Source: Azolla caroliniana (taxonomy: Eukaryota; Plantae; Polypodiophyta). Taken from it: a stretch of 64,000 nucleotides of DNA. Shown here piece by piece: positions 34,701 to 49,100 of the stretch; the stretch's first letter is position 1; every line of letters starts with the position of its first letter. The notes under the pieces were generated by a model. That model saw nothing but the letters and a program-made list of their open reading frames with translations. It was not told the DNA's origin and did no database searches. The translations under genes and the position numbers were made by a program. The DNA lies in NCBI GenBank assembly GCA_043228905.1, contig JBHGNT010000014.1, positions 12,090,001 through 12,154,000 on the forward strand. Direction: 5' to 3'.

Positions 34701-36010
34701 TTCTACAATCTCTAAAATTTGCCCTAGGTGTATTTATACTTACACACACTCCCTACACACTGTGAGCTTTTTACAAATATGTCTCTACTACTATCATTCC
34801 TATTATTGCATTAGCAATTAATCAGTCGTCTCTAGTGTCGACTGTCCAGTCAGCCCGACTAGTCGGTCAAGTCTTCGACTTGGATGACATGTGTACTGTC
34901 GACTCCACCTTGTCCTCGACTGTCAGCTCTCGGTCCGACCAGTCGGCTCCTCCCATAGGAGGGACATATTCCTAACAGTGAGTTCTTATCGAAATTCCGC
35001 AACACCTCTACCTTGAAACAAATTTGGTTCCCTATCCTTGAATCTTTTATATCTCTGAAGTTTAACATATATTACATTCATGAGCTTCCCACATCACGAC
35101 AACTTTCTTCATTCTATTGGGGGAATCTTGATATATACTTCTTTTTATAGGGTGAATCTTGATATTGTATCTACAATATATGATGGCAATGTGATCACAA
35201 TAAAATACACAACGGTATATTCTTATTGTTAGCCTCAACCATGGTATAATTATGAGGTGAGAAATGGATATTGTACCAAGGCTTGTTTTACAATATCCAT
35301 CTCCCTATATATCTAGCACAAATGTAGTATTTGTACATGAGAACTTGATAACCATCTTTTGCATATGAAAATCCCTTAGTTATGGCAAAGTTGGCATAGA
35401 CTTGGACTAGAAGTGCCATAAGGGTGTAATAATATTACCATATTGATGGAGATCTACATAAATTTGGCACCTATGAGTACTACTTTAGAGCAATGTTAAT
35501 GGTATTGTATGCATATATAAAACAAGTTTACCATGAATAATTTATTTAGGCATGTGGTTAAAATAGGCATACATGATTGAACTACTTGCTAATGACCAAA
35601 AGTAGATAGGAATGAAAGGGAGAAAATGATCTTAGCTCCTTTTATGTGCATGGTTTGTATTATGCGATGTAGTTGTTACAATAAGATGATGCAATGCAAC
35701 CAGTCTTGGTTTCCATCCTAATGTCAAAGAGATGTAAGAATGGTAAAAATAATAAAAATCTATCTACAAAATATATGCGTTCTTCTTACATTTCGAGAAT
35801 GTATGTCCACCATGATAGGTTATATGCTATGTGGTATGTGGAGATTTAACAACACATTGTTGAAGATCTTATGTAATTCATACCCCTTGTGACAATGCCG
35901 TTGAGGTATCCCAAACATGTGCTTTTAAAGGTTGGATTCATACTAGGTTTGGGTTGTAACAATTTATGCAATAAATTTTCATTTCTAGTTTTTTCGGTTT
36001 GTCTCTAAAG

Positions 36011-36210
36011 TTGCCCCAAGCGTGGATTTGACCTAAGCTCTATAATTGTGGTTGGTTACTATGGATCTGACCTTAAGTTCTCCATCGTTGCTCCTAGTGT
36101 GAATCTGACCTCAAGTTCTCTACTATTGCCCCTAGTGTGGATCTAACCTTGAGTTTTCTATGGTTGCCCCACTAGTGCGAGTGCGAGCTAAGTTCTCTAT
36201 TGTGGTGTTG
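36011..36210. repeat. Degenerate ~31-bp minisatellite
   Basis: About 5-6 units resembling TTGCCCCTAGTGTGGATCTGACCTCAAGTTCTC. Confidence 0.7.
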
Positions 36211-36354
36211 GCTCCCTTGTGTGGATCCAAGGTAAATTCGAAGCGGGGGATGAGTTTGAAATCGTTTGTTTCGAATAAGTGACATATGGGAGCACCAAAG
36301 GGAGTAGTAAAGTTTCATACGTGAGGAAACCATGAAAGAGAAAGCCTTTGGGGT

Positions 36355-36488
36355 AAGATGATGATAATGATTCTTTTGCTTCATTTAAAAAAGGAAAGAG
36401 AGACAAATGCAGAATGGGAAGATGATGATAATGATTCTTTTGCTTCATTTAAAAAAGGAAAGAGAGACAAATGCAGAATGGGAAGATG
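36355..36488. repeat. 64-bp perfect tandem duplication upstream of the Ole e 1 gene
   Basis: AAGATGATGATAATGATTC...AGAATGGG at 36355 and 36419. Confidence 0.9.
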
Positions 36489-36856
36489 TCAGAGCCACTC
36501 CTGAACCGGACTGAGGAGAAGAAACGATGGCGTGAAAGAGAGAAAGAAGTGAGAGAATCCAAATTATTACGTGCTAATTTTACAATTCTAGGAAACAAAA
36601 GAAAGAAAACAAAAAACAAAAAACGTTACTAAAAAAATTTCAGCGACTGTGCAGAGAACTGCAGAGACGAGAGAAGGCAGGCAGAGAGAGAGAGACACAG
36701 ACAAAAAAAACAAATTTACTCTTGTTTAATGGTGTCTACGGAAGTCACGCGTGCGAGAAAGACTATAAGTAGAAGAAAAGTGTGAACAAGTAAAGTAAAT
36801 AAATATCAGCAAAGTGAGAGAGAGAGAGAGAGAGAATTAGAGAACACAGAGAAGCC

Positions 36857-38014
36857 ATGGCTTCTTCTTCCTCTGTTTTAACGCTGTTCTTCGTCGCTCT
36901 GCTCTCTGTGGTAGTGCTGGCCTCCTCCAGCCAATCAGCCGCGGCCACGTCACTCACGGTCCGTGGCTCCGTCTACTGCGACGCCTGCCACGTCGGACGC
37001 GTCACGTCCTCCAGCTACTTCATCGAAGGTGCGCGCAGCACATTCTAGTTTTTTTTTTTTTTGGTTTGTTTTATAAAGCGCTTCTGACGTGGACACCACG
37101 CCGTGCCACGTCGGACACTTTACCTCGTCGATGTGGACGCTCCTCATGTGTTTCCCTCTGCTCTCACCTGGACCTTCTTTTCGGACGCCTTTTTCTTATG
37201 GCTGACGTGTCGCTTTTTAAAAAAGTTCTTCCGTAAATATTGACGTGGGCTCCTTTTGCCACGCGGCTCCTCCTCGGGCTTTTCCCCCAGGTTTGGAAAT
37301 GTAGTTTGCTGACGTGTCTGGGGTGATGCAGGTGCCACGGTGGCGGTGAGGTGCCGGACCAAGGCGGGCGTGGTGACGGCGTACGTGGAGGCGAGGAGCG
37401 GCCCGGCGGGGGAGTTCGTCGTCCACGTGGGCGGCGGGGAGCACACCGGCGACGCTTGCGTGGCGGTGCTGGTCCGGAGCTCCACGTCGGCGTGCAGCCA
37501 CGTGGCGGGGGGCGGCGAGGTGGGCGTGGGGTCGGAAGGGGAGGTTCACGCGGGGCCCTTGGCCTTCACGCCCGCCACCGCAGCTCACAGCCCTTCTTCC
37601 TCTTCCTGCCGCACCTCCACGTCGGCGCTACACGTGGACGCATACGCTTCCACGTCACCCTCCGTCACCCCGCCGTCAACCCCCTACAGCCCAAAACCGC
37701 CCTCAAAACCTCCTACCCACCACCCCTACGGCCCAAAACCGCCCTCCAAACCTCCTACCCACCCTTACGGTCCCAAACCACCATCCCCCAAACCGCCCAC
37801 CCTCTCTTACGGTCCCAAACCGCCTTCTTCCAAGCCATACACCCCCAAACCGCCTCCTTGCCCACCTCCCCCTGCCTACACAAAACCGCCTTCCAAGAAG
37901 CCATCCCCCATTTACTCTACCTCGCCCCCCATGAAGAAACCACCAGCTTCTTCCTACTCCCCGGTTAGAAAACCGCCTTCCAGCCAATATCACTCGCCCC
38001 CTCCTCCTTACTAG
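36857..38014 (+). CDS. Secreted Pollen Ole e 1 domain / proline-rich extensin-like cell wall protein, 284 aa; exons 36857-37028 and 37332-38014
   Basis: Signal peptide, then VRGSVYCDAC...YFIEG|ATVAVRC (Ole e 1 pattern) across a phase-1 GT..CAG intron with a GCTGAC branch point. YGPKPP and SPPPPY repeats. TATA-like TATAAG near 36764. Confidence 0.92.
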
Positions 38015-38899
38015 ATTCATAATACTTCACAAACCGACCCCCTCTCTGAAGCTATTTTGCTTTGCTGAAGATTTACTTAATATCATTAGTACCCCCACAT
38101 TAAGCATTAGTACCCCCACTAGTAGTAATAGTAGTAGTGATAGTGTGTATGTTTTGGTTTTTTAATGTTGGTTTTCTTTAGGCATCATAGACTTTGTCAT
38201 GATTATTCCATGTAATGTTTGGCCTCTATTACCAGAAATCCTTATATAAGCAAAATGAATTGCTTAATCTGGTGTATTTGAAGATAGGCACGGATGTTAA
38301 TGGTTACGACAATTTGTTTCCTTAGCCATTATGGATTATAACAAATGATTGTGAGTTAAATATGAACAATTTAGGGTATTTCATTGAAGTACATTCATGC
38401 ATGTTTTAAAGGATGAGAAAACTCACATGAGTTGCAACTCCACTTAAGTTGCGGGACTAGAACGGAGGTTCTCCATATAATATGAGGTCATTGTGCACCG
38501 GATTATATAGCCAAAAATTTTGTGGGTCTATCATTTCCCTTCTAAATTGAATTACAAATGAGTTTTTCAAAACTTTTGATGAACAATTTATCAAGGTTTT
38601 CTTCCAAACATTGTTTCCATGAGTGTGGAGATTAGGTTTGATCGATGCAAATTTGGTCTACTTAAGCTTCTACAATAAGTCCTCTTATCATGGAAAATTT
38701 GCCTAAATTATTACTCCCTATCTCCAACCTATGCAATATGGATTATCGTGGCAAGGACGTCCATCAAAATATTTTCAATTTGTTGCTCAACTTATGTTTC
38801 ATGTGAGTTTTGGTGTAAGCATGTCAAGATTCACTTTCACATTTTAGCTAGGTGCAATGCCACATGCATTGCTAAATGTTGGAGTAACTACTAGGTCAT

Positions 38900-41800
38900 T
38901 GTTGAGAGATCAAGCTCAATTTAGTTTAGTTAGTTAGTCAACAATGTAACTTCGTAGTTACCTAGATAGAATCTGGTTAGAAGTGTGTTGTTCATAAGTG
39001 TATCTCTCTCTCTCTCTTCCTCTCACACACATACACACATATCACATAATCTTCTGCTTAACATAATCACATAATTAGGCACTAATTAACCCATACTTAA
39101 TTACTTACCTAATTCTTAACATGGTATTAGATTGCGTGGTTTAGAAAATCCACTAAGCCCACCCAACTCCGTGATTGTGTGTTCGAGATGCCGACGACAA
39201 AATCTGGCTATTGGCTACCATAGTGCTGCTACATAGCACGTGTACGTGATCGAAGGAAGAAAAGCAAAAGAAGAGAAGACACTACAATCAACATGAACAC
39301 ACAAATGGGTAGCTCGCTCCCTAATGAAAAGCTAGATTGGAGTAATTGTTTATCTTGGGTGTACAAGATGACCCAATACCTCGTCGGCCAAGGGTATTGG
39401 AGCTACATGAACGACGCTCAAGAAAATCAACCCGACTCAAAGAACGCCGACTACGCAACATGGGAGCAAGCGGCTAGTCGAGTCATGTATTGCTTGGTAA
39501 CATGTGTTCACGACCACATGCTTAGCCACATTCGAGACGCCAAGATGCCCAAAGAGGCGTGGGCGAACTTAAAGAAAATGTTCGCAGCCAACACAACCAC
39601 CCGAAAGCTTCAACTTCGACAAGAGTTGAATAACATTCGACAAAAAGACATGTTTGTGCCGAACTACACGGCCAAGATAAAGAGGATTTGTGACTCACTT
39701 GGCTCCATCAAAATAAAAGTTGACGAAGACGAGATGGTTCAAGTATGCTTGGGCGGCCTTGCACAACGATTCAATCCATTACGAACGGTAATCTTGGCGA
39801 GAGAAAACCCTCCTTCATTCTTTGACCTCTAATCAATGCTATTGGTCGAAGAGAACCACATCCGAACCAAAAGCAAGACGTCGGAAGGACAAATGTTCTT
39901 CTCGAATTCGGATGGTGGCCGAGGAGGAGGTCACGGTGGTAGAAGAGGTCAACTCGACACATCACTCAAAGAGAACTCAAACCTTCACGGAAGCCATCGA
40001 GGAACCTTCGGAAGAAGGGGGAGCTTCCACGTTGAACATGGTCGGCAAACGAGGGCCGCAACTTGCAATTATTGCGGCAAAATCAGCCACTACGAGGTGG
40101 AGTGTCGGAAAAAGAGAAGTGAGTCGGCTTCAACAAGTCGACACCTCACAAACTACGTGTCAAATTCCGACTATGACGACCGTGGCGGAATGTTCGTAAT
40201 GAGGCATAGAGTGAACTCTATGTCGGCCTCCAACTCCGCAAGCACCTCCATCTCAAAAGACGTGTGGTTCGTTGACTCCGGTGCCTCACATCACATGACA
40301 TCTCACGAAGAGTGGTTTCGTGACTTGCGTACACCGAACTGACCCGGCTTCATAGAGATGGGAGACGACACCATGCACCCCATTCGGCACATCGGTAATG
40401 TCCCATTCGGGAAAGAAAGCGAACAAACTTGCATCAAGAATGTCTTGCACGTGCCCACAATAACGAAGAATTTGGTCTCCGTCGGCCAAATCGTGGAGCA
40501 AGGCATGCAAGTTTGCTTCAACAAAGAAGGATGCTTCATCGAGAAAGATGGTCGACTCATAACGAAGGGGCGTAGAGATGGTCGAATGTTCATCCTCGAT
40601 TCGAACGAGGTGAAATCGGCAATGTACGCCAAAGGTCTCAAAACCGAGACAAGCATCGAGTTGTGGCACAAGAGAATCGGCCACATAAACCTCCAACGGC
40701 TTCGAGTGATGCAAACGAAGGGAGTCGTCATCGGACTTCCGACATTCGAGTCGAAACGAGTCGACCGAGTATGCGAAGTGTGTCAACTCGGCAAACAACA
40801 TCGACTCCCATTCCCGAAGGAGAGCCACACGAGCAAAGGCCTCCTCGACGTCATACACTCGGATGTATGGAGACCGGCTCAAACGCCGACGTTCGGCGGA
40901 TGCCGATACTATGTAACCTTTATCAACGACTACTCACGCTATGCGTGGATCTACCCGATGAAGAAGAAAAGCGAAGTGCTCTCCCACTTCCAAAAGCTCA
41001 AGGGCCAAGTTGAGAAAGAAACCGGTCGGCACATTCGATGCCTATGATCGGATGGAGGCAAGGAGTACTTCTCCAACGAATTCACCTCCTATCTCCAAAG
41101 TGAAGGCATTTAGAGAGAATTCTCGTGCCGACACACACCCCAACAAAATGGAGTCACCGAAAGGAAGAATCGGCATATACTCGAGGTAGCACGCGCCATG
41201 ATGCATGAGAAGCACATGCCGAACTTCTATTGGGCCGAAACGGCATCCAAGGCCTTCTATCTCATGAACCGGTGCACCACCAATGGAGTCCATGAGCTAA
41301 CTCCCTACGAGCTCCTTGTTGGAAGGAAGCCGATCCTATCGCACCTCAAGGTGTTCGGAAGCATTGCAAATGTACGCATCCCAAACGAACAACGACAGAT
41401 GCCCGACACGAAGTCGGAGGAATGTATCCTCATAGGATACTCATCTGAGAAGAAGGCGTACACGTGCTACAACCCTTCTACCCGATTGGTTTGGGTAAAT
41501 CGAGACGTAGTCTTCGAGGAGTCCGCATCCTGGTATGCACCAGAGACAACTTCGACTCCGACTACGCTCGACCCGGAATCCGCCGAACAAGAGGTAGAAG
41601 ATGGAGATCGCTTCGAACACATGTTCAAAGAATGTCTGATTACGGCTAGGCCTAATGGGCCACAAGCGCCCCCACGTGACCCAAGCATGTCGCGGCCAAG
41701 TACGAACTTGGACAAAGGCAAAGGTAAGATGCCCGATAACGAAGTCGATCACCCCAACGACAGTGATTCGGATGTGTCGGCTCCCTCACTAGACAGTGAG

Positions 41801-42645
41801 TTCGGTGTACCCATCATGCGAACACCCGGCCGAAGTAAAGAAGGCGCTCACATTGGTGAGCGAAAAACTTCGACGCTCATCTAGAGCTAAGAACCCCATC
41901 ACTCGGCACGGCTACAACGAGTACGTGGCCCATCATTACGCCTTTGCGATGAAAGTAGCGGCCGAACAAGAGCCCAAGAGCTCCACCGAAGCAGCTCGTA
42001 ACCCACGATGGGTGGAAGTAGTCGACCTTCGCCCACACACTACAAGCCTTCATCACCAGCTTGAGGGGGAGGAACCGAGATTGCCACGGTGAAGAAAGCC
42101 GAAGGCTGGACGGAAGCACACAAAGCCGACAAAAGCCAAAGCGGATCTTGGACACCTGACACTTGAGCTTGAGGGGGCGTGTTGAGAGATCAAGCTCAAT
42201 TTAGTTTAGTTAGTTAGTCAACAATGTAACTTCGTAGTTACCTAGATAGAATCTGGTTAGAAGTGTTGACTATAACGCCTTAAATAGGACCTTGTACTTA
42301 AGTGAGATATTCTAGATCCTCCACTCCTAAGTACATTTAATATAGGACTTACACATTAGTACCTATATTCTACAGACACATGTGCACCTTTGCACATTAG
42401 ATATATATATATACCTCATTGTGGGTATTTTTGTATTTGATGATGTTAAAACTAATTTAATATACTTACTCATCCCCCATCTTGTGTTGTTCATAAGTGT
42501 ATCTCTCTCTCTCTCTTCCTCTCACACACATACACACATATCACATAATCTTCCACTTAACTTAATCACATAATCTTCCGCTTAACTTAATCACATAATT
42601 AGGCACTAATTAACCCATACTTAATTACTTACCTAATTCTTAACA
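38900..42645 (+). mobile_element. Ty1/copia lacking RT-RNase H (degenerate gag-PR-INT)
   Basis: LTRs at 38900-39121 (internally deleted) and 42180-42645. Perfect TSD GTCAT. PBS TGGTATTAGA. PPT TGAGGGGGCG. gag, CCHC, WFVDSGASHHM, LWHKRIGH and integrase motifs with stops. Confidence 0.93.
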
Positions 42646-45600
42646 GTCATGAATACCTCCTTCAAGACGATCACTTATGACAATTATGCACAGTGAGCCT
42701 CTAATTGTTTGGTATTGCTATTCACCCAAATTTTGTTACGATGCATAACTTAGTAGAATGTGGGGAATTTGTTGGACTTGCTCTCCCAATGGGCAAACTA
42801 TTGACATCTCGAATAGTGATAGATGATTCATTCTTCTTCTTGAAAGCTCTACCCAGTAATATAACTCCAACGATGGAAGACCTATGGATTAATTTATTTT
42901 CCTCCATGTTAAGGTCAAACACCAATATGTGTAGGTGCTTATTTGATGCATTGAAAGACATCTCTTTGGCCTTGGTTGGTACGGCTCAATATTGGAGAAG
43001 GAAATGCTTAAATCAACAATTAGGTTACCATATTAGTGTAGATTGCTCACCCTATCAAAGGTTAACTTGTTACGTTTATTGAATATCTCAATCTTGGGGT
43101 ATGGCCAAGTATTAGAGTAAGGAAATGCTTATCCACACTTAGGTTATCCTTTTAGAGTAGATTCCACACTCACTCTATCAAGGATGGACTTCTTAATTTT
43201 GCTTATTTAATATCTCAATGATGATTCCTTTGATTTCTTATTGTTTGTCCCTACTACCATGTCAAAGGAATCACTTAATCAATTGTCTCTATTAAACATA
43301 TATTGCGGGTGACAGAATCAAGAAAGGCATGTATTGGGTTTCATGGCATCTATATGTACCCCAAAAAGGCTTAGGGGAAATTTGTATGAAAATTGAAGGA
43401 CATTATTGTTGCTCTATGATTAAACCCCTTGAGAGCTATGTGCACAAAAACTCAACCTTGTGTGAATATACTATGTTATATCATGTAGAAAATGCGCGTA
43501 TTTTACTGTGGGAAAATGAGATTTATAGCATCATGGTGACACTCTTATGGATCTAAACTAATGATGAGAAAGATAATAAGATTCTAAGGGGAAGAAGGGA
43601 TTATGTGTGCTTAACCACAATTACCACCGAGAGAGAAGGACATGAGATAAACATAAAAGACCATTGGTGTCCCACATCACCAAATATTACCTTATGTTAT
43701 ACCTTGGTGCTTAATGCATCCGAAGAGGAGAGCTTCGTCTCAACATCATCCCAACAGAGCCCAACAACTAAGGCTCCTAGACCACCACCTGCTCTCATTA
43801 TGTCATAGGTCCTCTTGGGTCCTAGCATAACTAATTTCCCGACCATCTTAACCTTAATCCATTAAAATTAGCTTTTAAAGAATTGGTTTGTGAGGTTATG
43901 CTTAGAACATATCCTTGTTCCGAAAATATTTAAGAATGTGTGCTCTTTATTCTAAGTGCCATCCCAAAGCATTTGATCCACAAGAAGGTTGATTCGCAAG
44001 AAGGGCATGCACATGCGTAAAGGAAATTTAAAACTGATCCATAAATATATTGATTTTTAACATGTTGAAAAATTGTGGCATGTCCAAAAACACCTAAATA
44101 ATTGGCAAGACAAACTTACAAAATAGTATACAAAATGAATAACACCTAAATCTATATATAGTCGATATTTGACAGTTTAATCTAGAATACAATATTTATA
44201 GTTCATGAATGAAAACTGTCGTTTTCCAAGTCTATTCCATCATTTTCAGACCCATTTGATGAACTTGTAGCACATTGTGAAGTCTCGTCCTCTTCCTCAC
44301 TGGTGACTAATGCATTGTCTTCATCCAATTGCAAGCCAACTGAAACGTGGTTATGAGACATGCTTCTTGTTTGTCTTTGTGTTGTTTCTTGTGCTACATT
44401 AGGGAGCTTCTCTTTTAATATCTTGATTGTAGTTTGTCTTAGATGACCTATTTTAGTTAAAGAGAAGCCATACACAAGCAATAGAATCAAATGTGAGAGT
44501 TGATATGCTAGGTACATTTTTTCTTCTTCGCTTTTTGCCTTTGCCTTCGACGTCCTTGACCATCTCTAAAGAATACTTTCCAGTAAATGCATCAAGGGAA
44601 GTTGTGTGATACCAATGGACCACAATTGACTTAAGGTGATTGCTTTGCTCATTCTTCATTATCTCAAGAATCTTAACAACCCAAAATGGATGGTCAAATT
44701 CATTATCCCCCGCTAATGATGCAACCAACATCCCAACTTGTAGCTCATGTAAATTTCCTTGCCATCTTGCCTGGATTGTACGCGATATTCTTGATCCCAC
44801 GTAAATATCTCTTTGTTGTGGGTGAACTAGATTATTGAGTTCCATATTATCTACTAATCGATGCTGAGAGGTGGACATGTTCGGTGGCATACTAACAGTC
44901 CATGTGAATGGAATTTGGAGTGGCCAATATCGGGTAATATAGTTCTGTAAAATTGTATCGAAGAAGATGCCCCACCAATCAACATTCTAGTCACCTGCAT
45001 ACCTCTTCGTTTGTTCAATATTTTTGATTTTGTCCTCAAGGCATTGCTCCCAATATATCCTTTGCTCTTCAATAGAGATGCTAGAAGACATTTTCTTACG
45101 ATCATCGTACGCCATTTGTTCAACACCATGAAGTAAGAACTTACAACCCTCTTGTGGCTCCCATTGTTTACTCAATGAGTATTGTTTCGCAAACAACAGA
45201 GTTGTGTTGTAGCTTATAACATCTTCTTTGATTAGGAAGACATGGTTAAAACTAATATTATTAAGAGGTGCAAGGACCTTGATCTTCATCCCATCACCTA
45301 CATTGCAGAAGCGTTTGAAATCATACACTTCATTCAATGATGTACTTCTGGTTTTGGTGTGTAAGCTTCACTGATCAACTTGGTTAGCATGGGAAGCGCA
45401 AAGGCATCACATCGTGCTAATTTCTTTGAGAATCTGTTGAACATTTGATCTATATGTTCATGTGTATGTCCATTGAGCAAGAAGTTTACCTTGATCTTCT
45501 TGAATATACCCTTTTCTACTAGCATACTCAAATAACCAAAAACCGTTGAGTTTTTGTTCTCTCTAGATGTGTTGTCAAGTTGCACATATAGAACATGTGG

Positions 45601-46146
45601 GAATATACATGGCCAAGATTGTAACACTCTTTGCATGATTATGACTGTAAGATTAGGGTCATTGTGAATATTGGGATAGGTTAAGTATACCTATGGCTTT
45701 ATTTCCTGGGAGTACAACAACCAACCAACTAAATGTATTTGCACAAGGCATTCTTCTCCAATATCCTTTGACATCCTTTGAAAGTGTGACAAATAGGTTT
45801 TCTTTTGACCCATCCCATCAATAATTATACACATATAATTTTCAAGTGATTGAAGAGCTTTTTGACGGTGATAGTTTTAGAACGTTCCAATGCTTGACTC
45901 TCATGATGATCTTTCAACAGTTTTTTGTAATTTTTTATTTCGTCATCAGATTTCCCACCTTTTGCCATTATACCCATGCGAACCTTATGTGGTATAATGA
46001 CATTGTTAAATTGCAACCTCCATAATCTATTGAAATGTTGATAACCTTGTACCCCTTATATTCTTGATAAAACTCATGTCGATTAAAGTTATTTGACAAG
46101 TGCAATCTCCCAGTAGTAGGCATGATATCGCCGTGCTTGGAGAAAT

Positions 46147-49100
46147 GGTTAATAAGTAGGTAATAAACTAGGGTTAATTAGTCTCTAATTATGTGAGTAG
46201 TTGATAACGCAATGGAAGATTATGTGATATGTGTGTGAGAGGAAGAGAGACATGAATATAAACTTATGAACAATAATATAAATGGGGGATGATTAACAAG
46301 AGTGTAGCTAAAGACCTTTCTCTATATTAATAAGCATCAAGTTATAGAAATACCCACAATGAGGTATATATACAACTCATGTGCAAGGGTGCACATGTGT
46401 GAGTAGAATATAGGTACAAGGATGTAAGTCCTATATTAAATAACTTGGTAGTGGAGGATCTAGAATGTATCCCCACTTACATACGAGTACAAGAACCTAT
46501 TTAAGGGTTTAAAAGATCAACACACTAACTAGATTCTATATAGGTAACTACTAAGTTACGTGGTTAACTAAATGGCTAAACTAAGTTGACTTGATATCTC
46601 AAGACGCGCCCTCAAGCTCAAGTGTGCGGCATCCGGTTTGTCTATTGGCTTCGTCGGCTTCCGTCTGGCCTTTGGCCTTTCCAAGGCAGTTTCGGTTCCT
46701 CCCCTTCAAGCCGGTGACAAAGGCTTGTAGTGTGAAATGGGCGAAGGCCAACTGCTTCCACCCATCGTGGGTCACGAGCCACTTCTATAGAGTTGTCAGG
46801 CTCTTGTTCGACCACTAACTTCATCGTGAGTGCATAATGATGGGCTATATACTCGTTGTGGCCGAGTCGAGTGACAGGGTTCTTTTGTCTAGATGAGCGT
46901 CGAAGTTTTCGTTTGCTAATGTGAGCGCCTTTTGTACTCCGGGTGTCGTCATAATGGGTACACCAAACTCACTGTCTAGTGAGCGAGCTGACACATCCAA
47001 ATCACTATCGTCGGGGTGGTCGACTTCATATTCGGGCATCTTACCTTCGCTTTTGTCTGATTCGGCCCCTGGCCGAGACGTGTTTGGAATGCTTGAAGGC
47101 TCATGTGGTCTACTTAGCTTGGTAGTTCTTGGATTGTCCTTTGGTAGAGGACTTTGTCGAATATCGTCGTCCGAGTTGGCGTTCAACTCTTCCTCGATCG
47201 GATCGGGTGGAGCTGAATCGGGCTTATAACAAGATGTCGATTTGTCGAAGACTACATCTCGACTCACCTGAACCGCTCTGGTTGAAGGGTTATAGCATTT
47301 GTATGCCTTTTGCTTGGACAAGTATCCTACGCGGATACATTTCTCTGACTTTGCATCGGGCTTTTGTTGTTTTTCACTCAAGATGTGTACATTTGTATGG
47401 GTTGGTCCCCATACATCTGAATATATTACATCCTTTTGCTTACGTTCCTCTCCCTTGGGAATGGGAGTGAATGTTGTTTGCCGAGTTGACACATTTCTTA
47501 CACTCAGTCAACTCGTTTCGACTCAAAGCCTGGAAGTTCGATGATGACTCCCTTTGATTGAATTGCTTGAAGCCGTTGGAGGTTTATGTGGCTGATTCTT
47601 TTGTGCCACAACTCAATGTTTGTCTCAGTTTTGAGACCTTTGGCATACATGGCCGATTTCACCTTGTTCGAATCAAGAATGAACATTTGACCGTTTATCC
47701 ATCCTCTAGTTATGTTGAAACAAACTTGCATGCCTTGCTCCACGATTTGACCGACCGAGACCAAATTCTTTGTTATTGTAGGAATGTGCAAGATATTCTT
47801 GATGCAATTGTTTTTGCTTTCATTGCCGAATGGAACATTGCCGATGTGTTGAATGGGATGTGTGGTGTCATCTCCCGTCTTTATGTAGCCGGGTCGATCT
47901 GGCGTTCTTAGGTCACCAAAACACTCTTGGTGTGACGTCATATGATGTGAGGTGCTAGAGTCGACGAACCACACGTCTTCCGAGTTGGAGGTGCTTGTGG
48001 AGTCGAAGACCGACATAGAGATCGCTCTATGTCTCATTATGAATAGTCCACCATAGTTGTCGTATTCGGAGTTGGTGGTGTAATTTGTGAGTTGTTGGCT
48101 TGACAAAGCTGACTCACTTCTCTTCTTTTGGTAGTCCTCTTCGCGGTGGCCGATTTTGCCACAATAGGTGCAAGTAGCGGGCCTCGTTTGCCCACGCTTC
48201 TTTAGGCGTCTTAGCGTCTCGAATGTGGCTAACCATGTGATCATGGACACATGTTGCCAAGCAATACATTACGTGACTTGGTCCTTGCTCCCACGTTGGT
48301 AGTTGGCATTTGTAATGTCAGGTTTGTTTTCGAGTGCATTGTTGATGTAGCTCCAATACCCTTGGCCGACTAGGTATTGGTTCATCTTGTACTCCCAAGA
48401 TGAATAATTGCTCCGGTCTAGCTTTTCACTAGGGAGCGAGCTACCCATTTTTGTGTTCATGTTGATGTAGTGTCTTCCTTTTTGGCTTTTCTTCCTTAGG
48501 TCACGTACACGTGCTATGTAACGGTGTCGTGAAAATCCACCACTATGTGCAGATCGTGAGGCGGAACTGCTGGGGTTATGGACTGGAAGGAATTAGGGCT
48601 CATATGCATAACACAGGCAAGATTTACACATAAGGAGCATAGGTGAAACAAAACATTAGTTTATTGCAAAATAATAGATTCTTTTATAATATAAGAATCA
48701 TGTTACAACGGGTTGGATGTGAATATGAAGGATTGTTTATAAAGGAATGGGGGAAGAGAGGTGGAGAAAAGAAGAGAGTGGAATATGGAAGCAGTTTCTT
48801 TGTTGGTGATGCCACTTGATGTTGTTGATCCTTCTTCTTCCGCTTTCCAATTGAGTAGAGCTTCCACGTTCCTTCTCCCTCCCCCCTTCTTAAAATGAAC
48901 TCTTATTATAGGTTTAGGATTTCTTGCTTCCTTTTTTTTTCCCTAAAAGTTGGTGTATATGAGTCGCGTTTTTTTTTATCACTATTTCTATTCCGTAACG
49001 TCAAATCGGAGATGCAAGATATTCTTAGAAAGCTCTTTCTGTTAACTTTCTTATGCATATTTCCTTTTCTAATTTGGACATTGGACGAGGAAATTGAGTC

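Larger units (their letters stand above)
8731..34977 (-). mobile_element. 3'-truncated Ty1/copia, split by nested insertions (own sequence: 8731-9987, 22674-23114, 34495-34977)
   Basis: gag (22679-22890 continuing 9987-9530), PR, GAG-pre-integrase LWHKRLGHMS and integrase YFVTFIDDYS...LRVFGC remnants. PBS revcomp TGGTATTAGAGC near 22979-22990. The 5' LTR is 34977-34499 plus 23114-22994 (TGTTAGG...CTACA). Confidence 0.8.

Noticed and set aside
37217-38020. Alternative-frame and antisense ORFs over the extensin exon
   Set aside because: By-products of GC-rich, Pro-codon-rich coding sequence.
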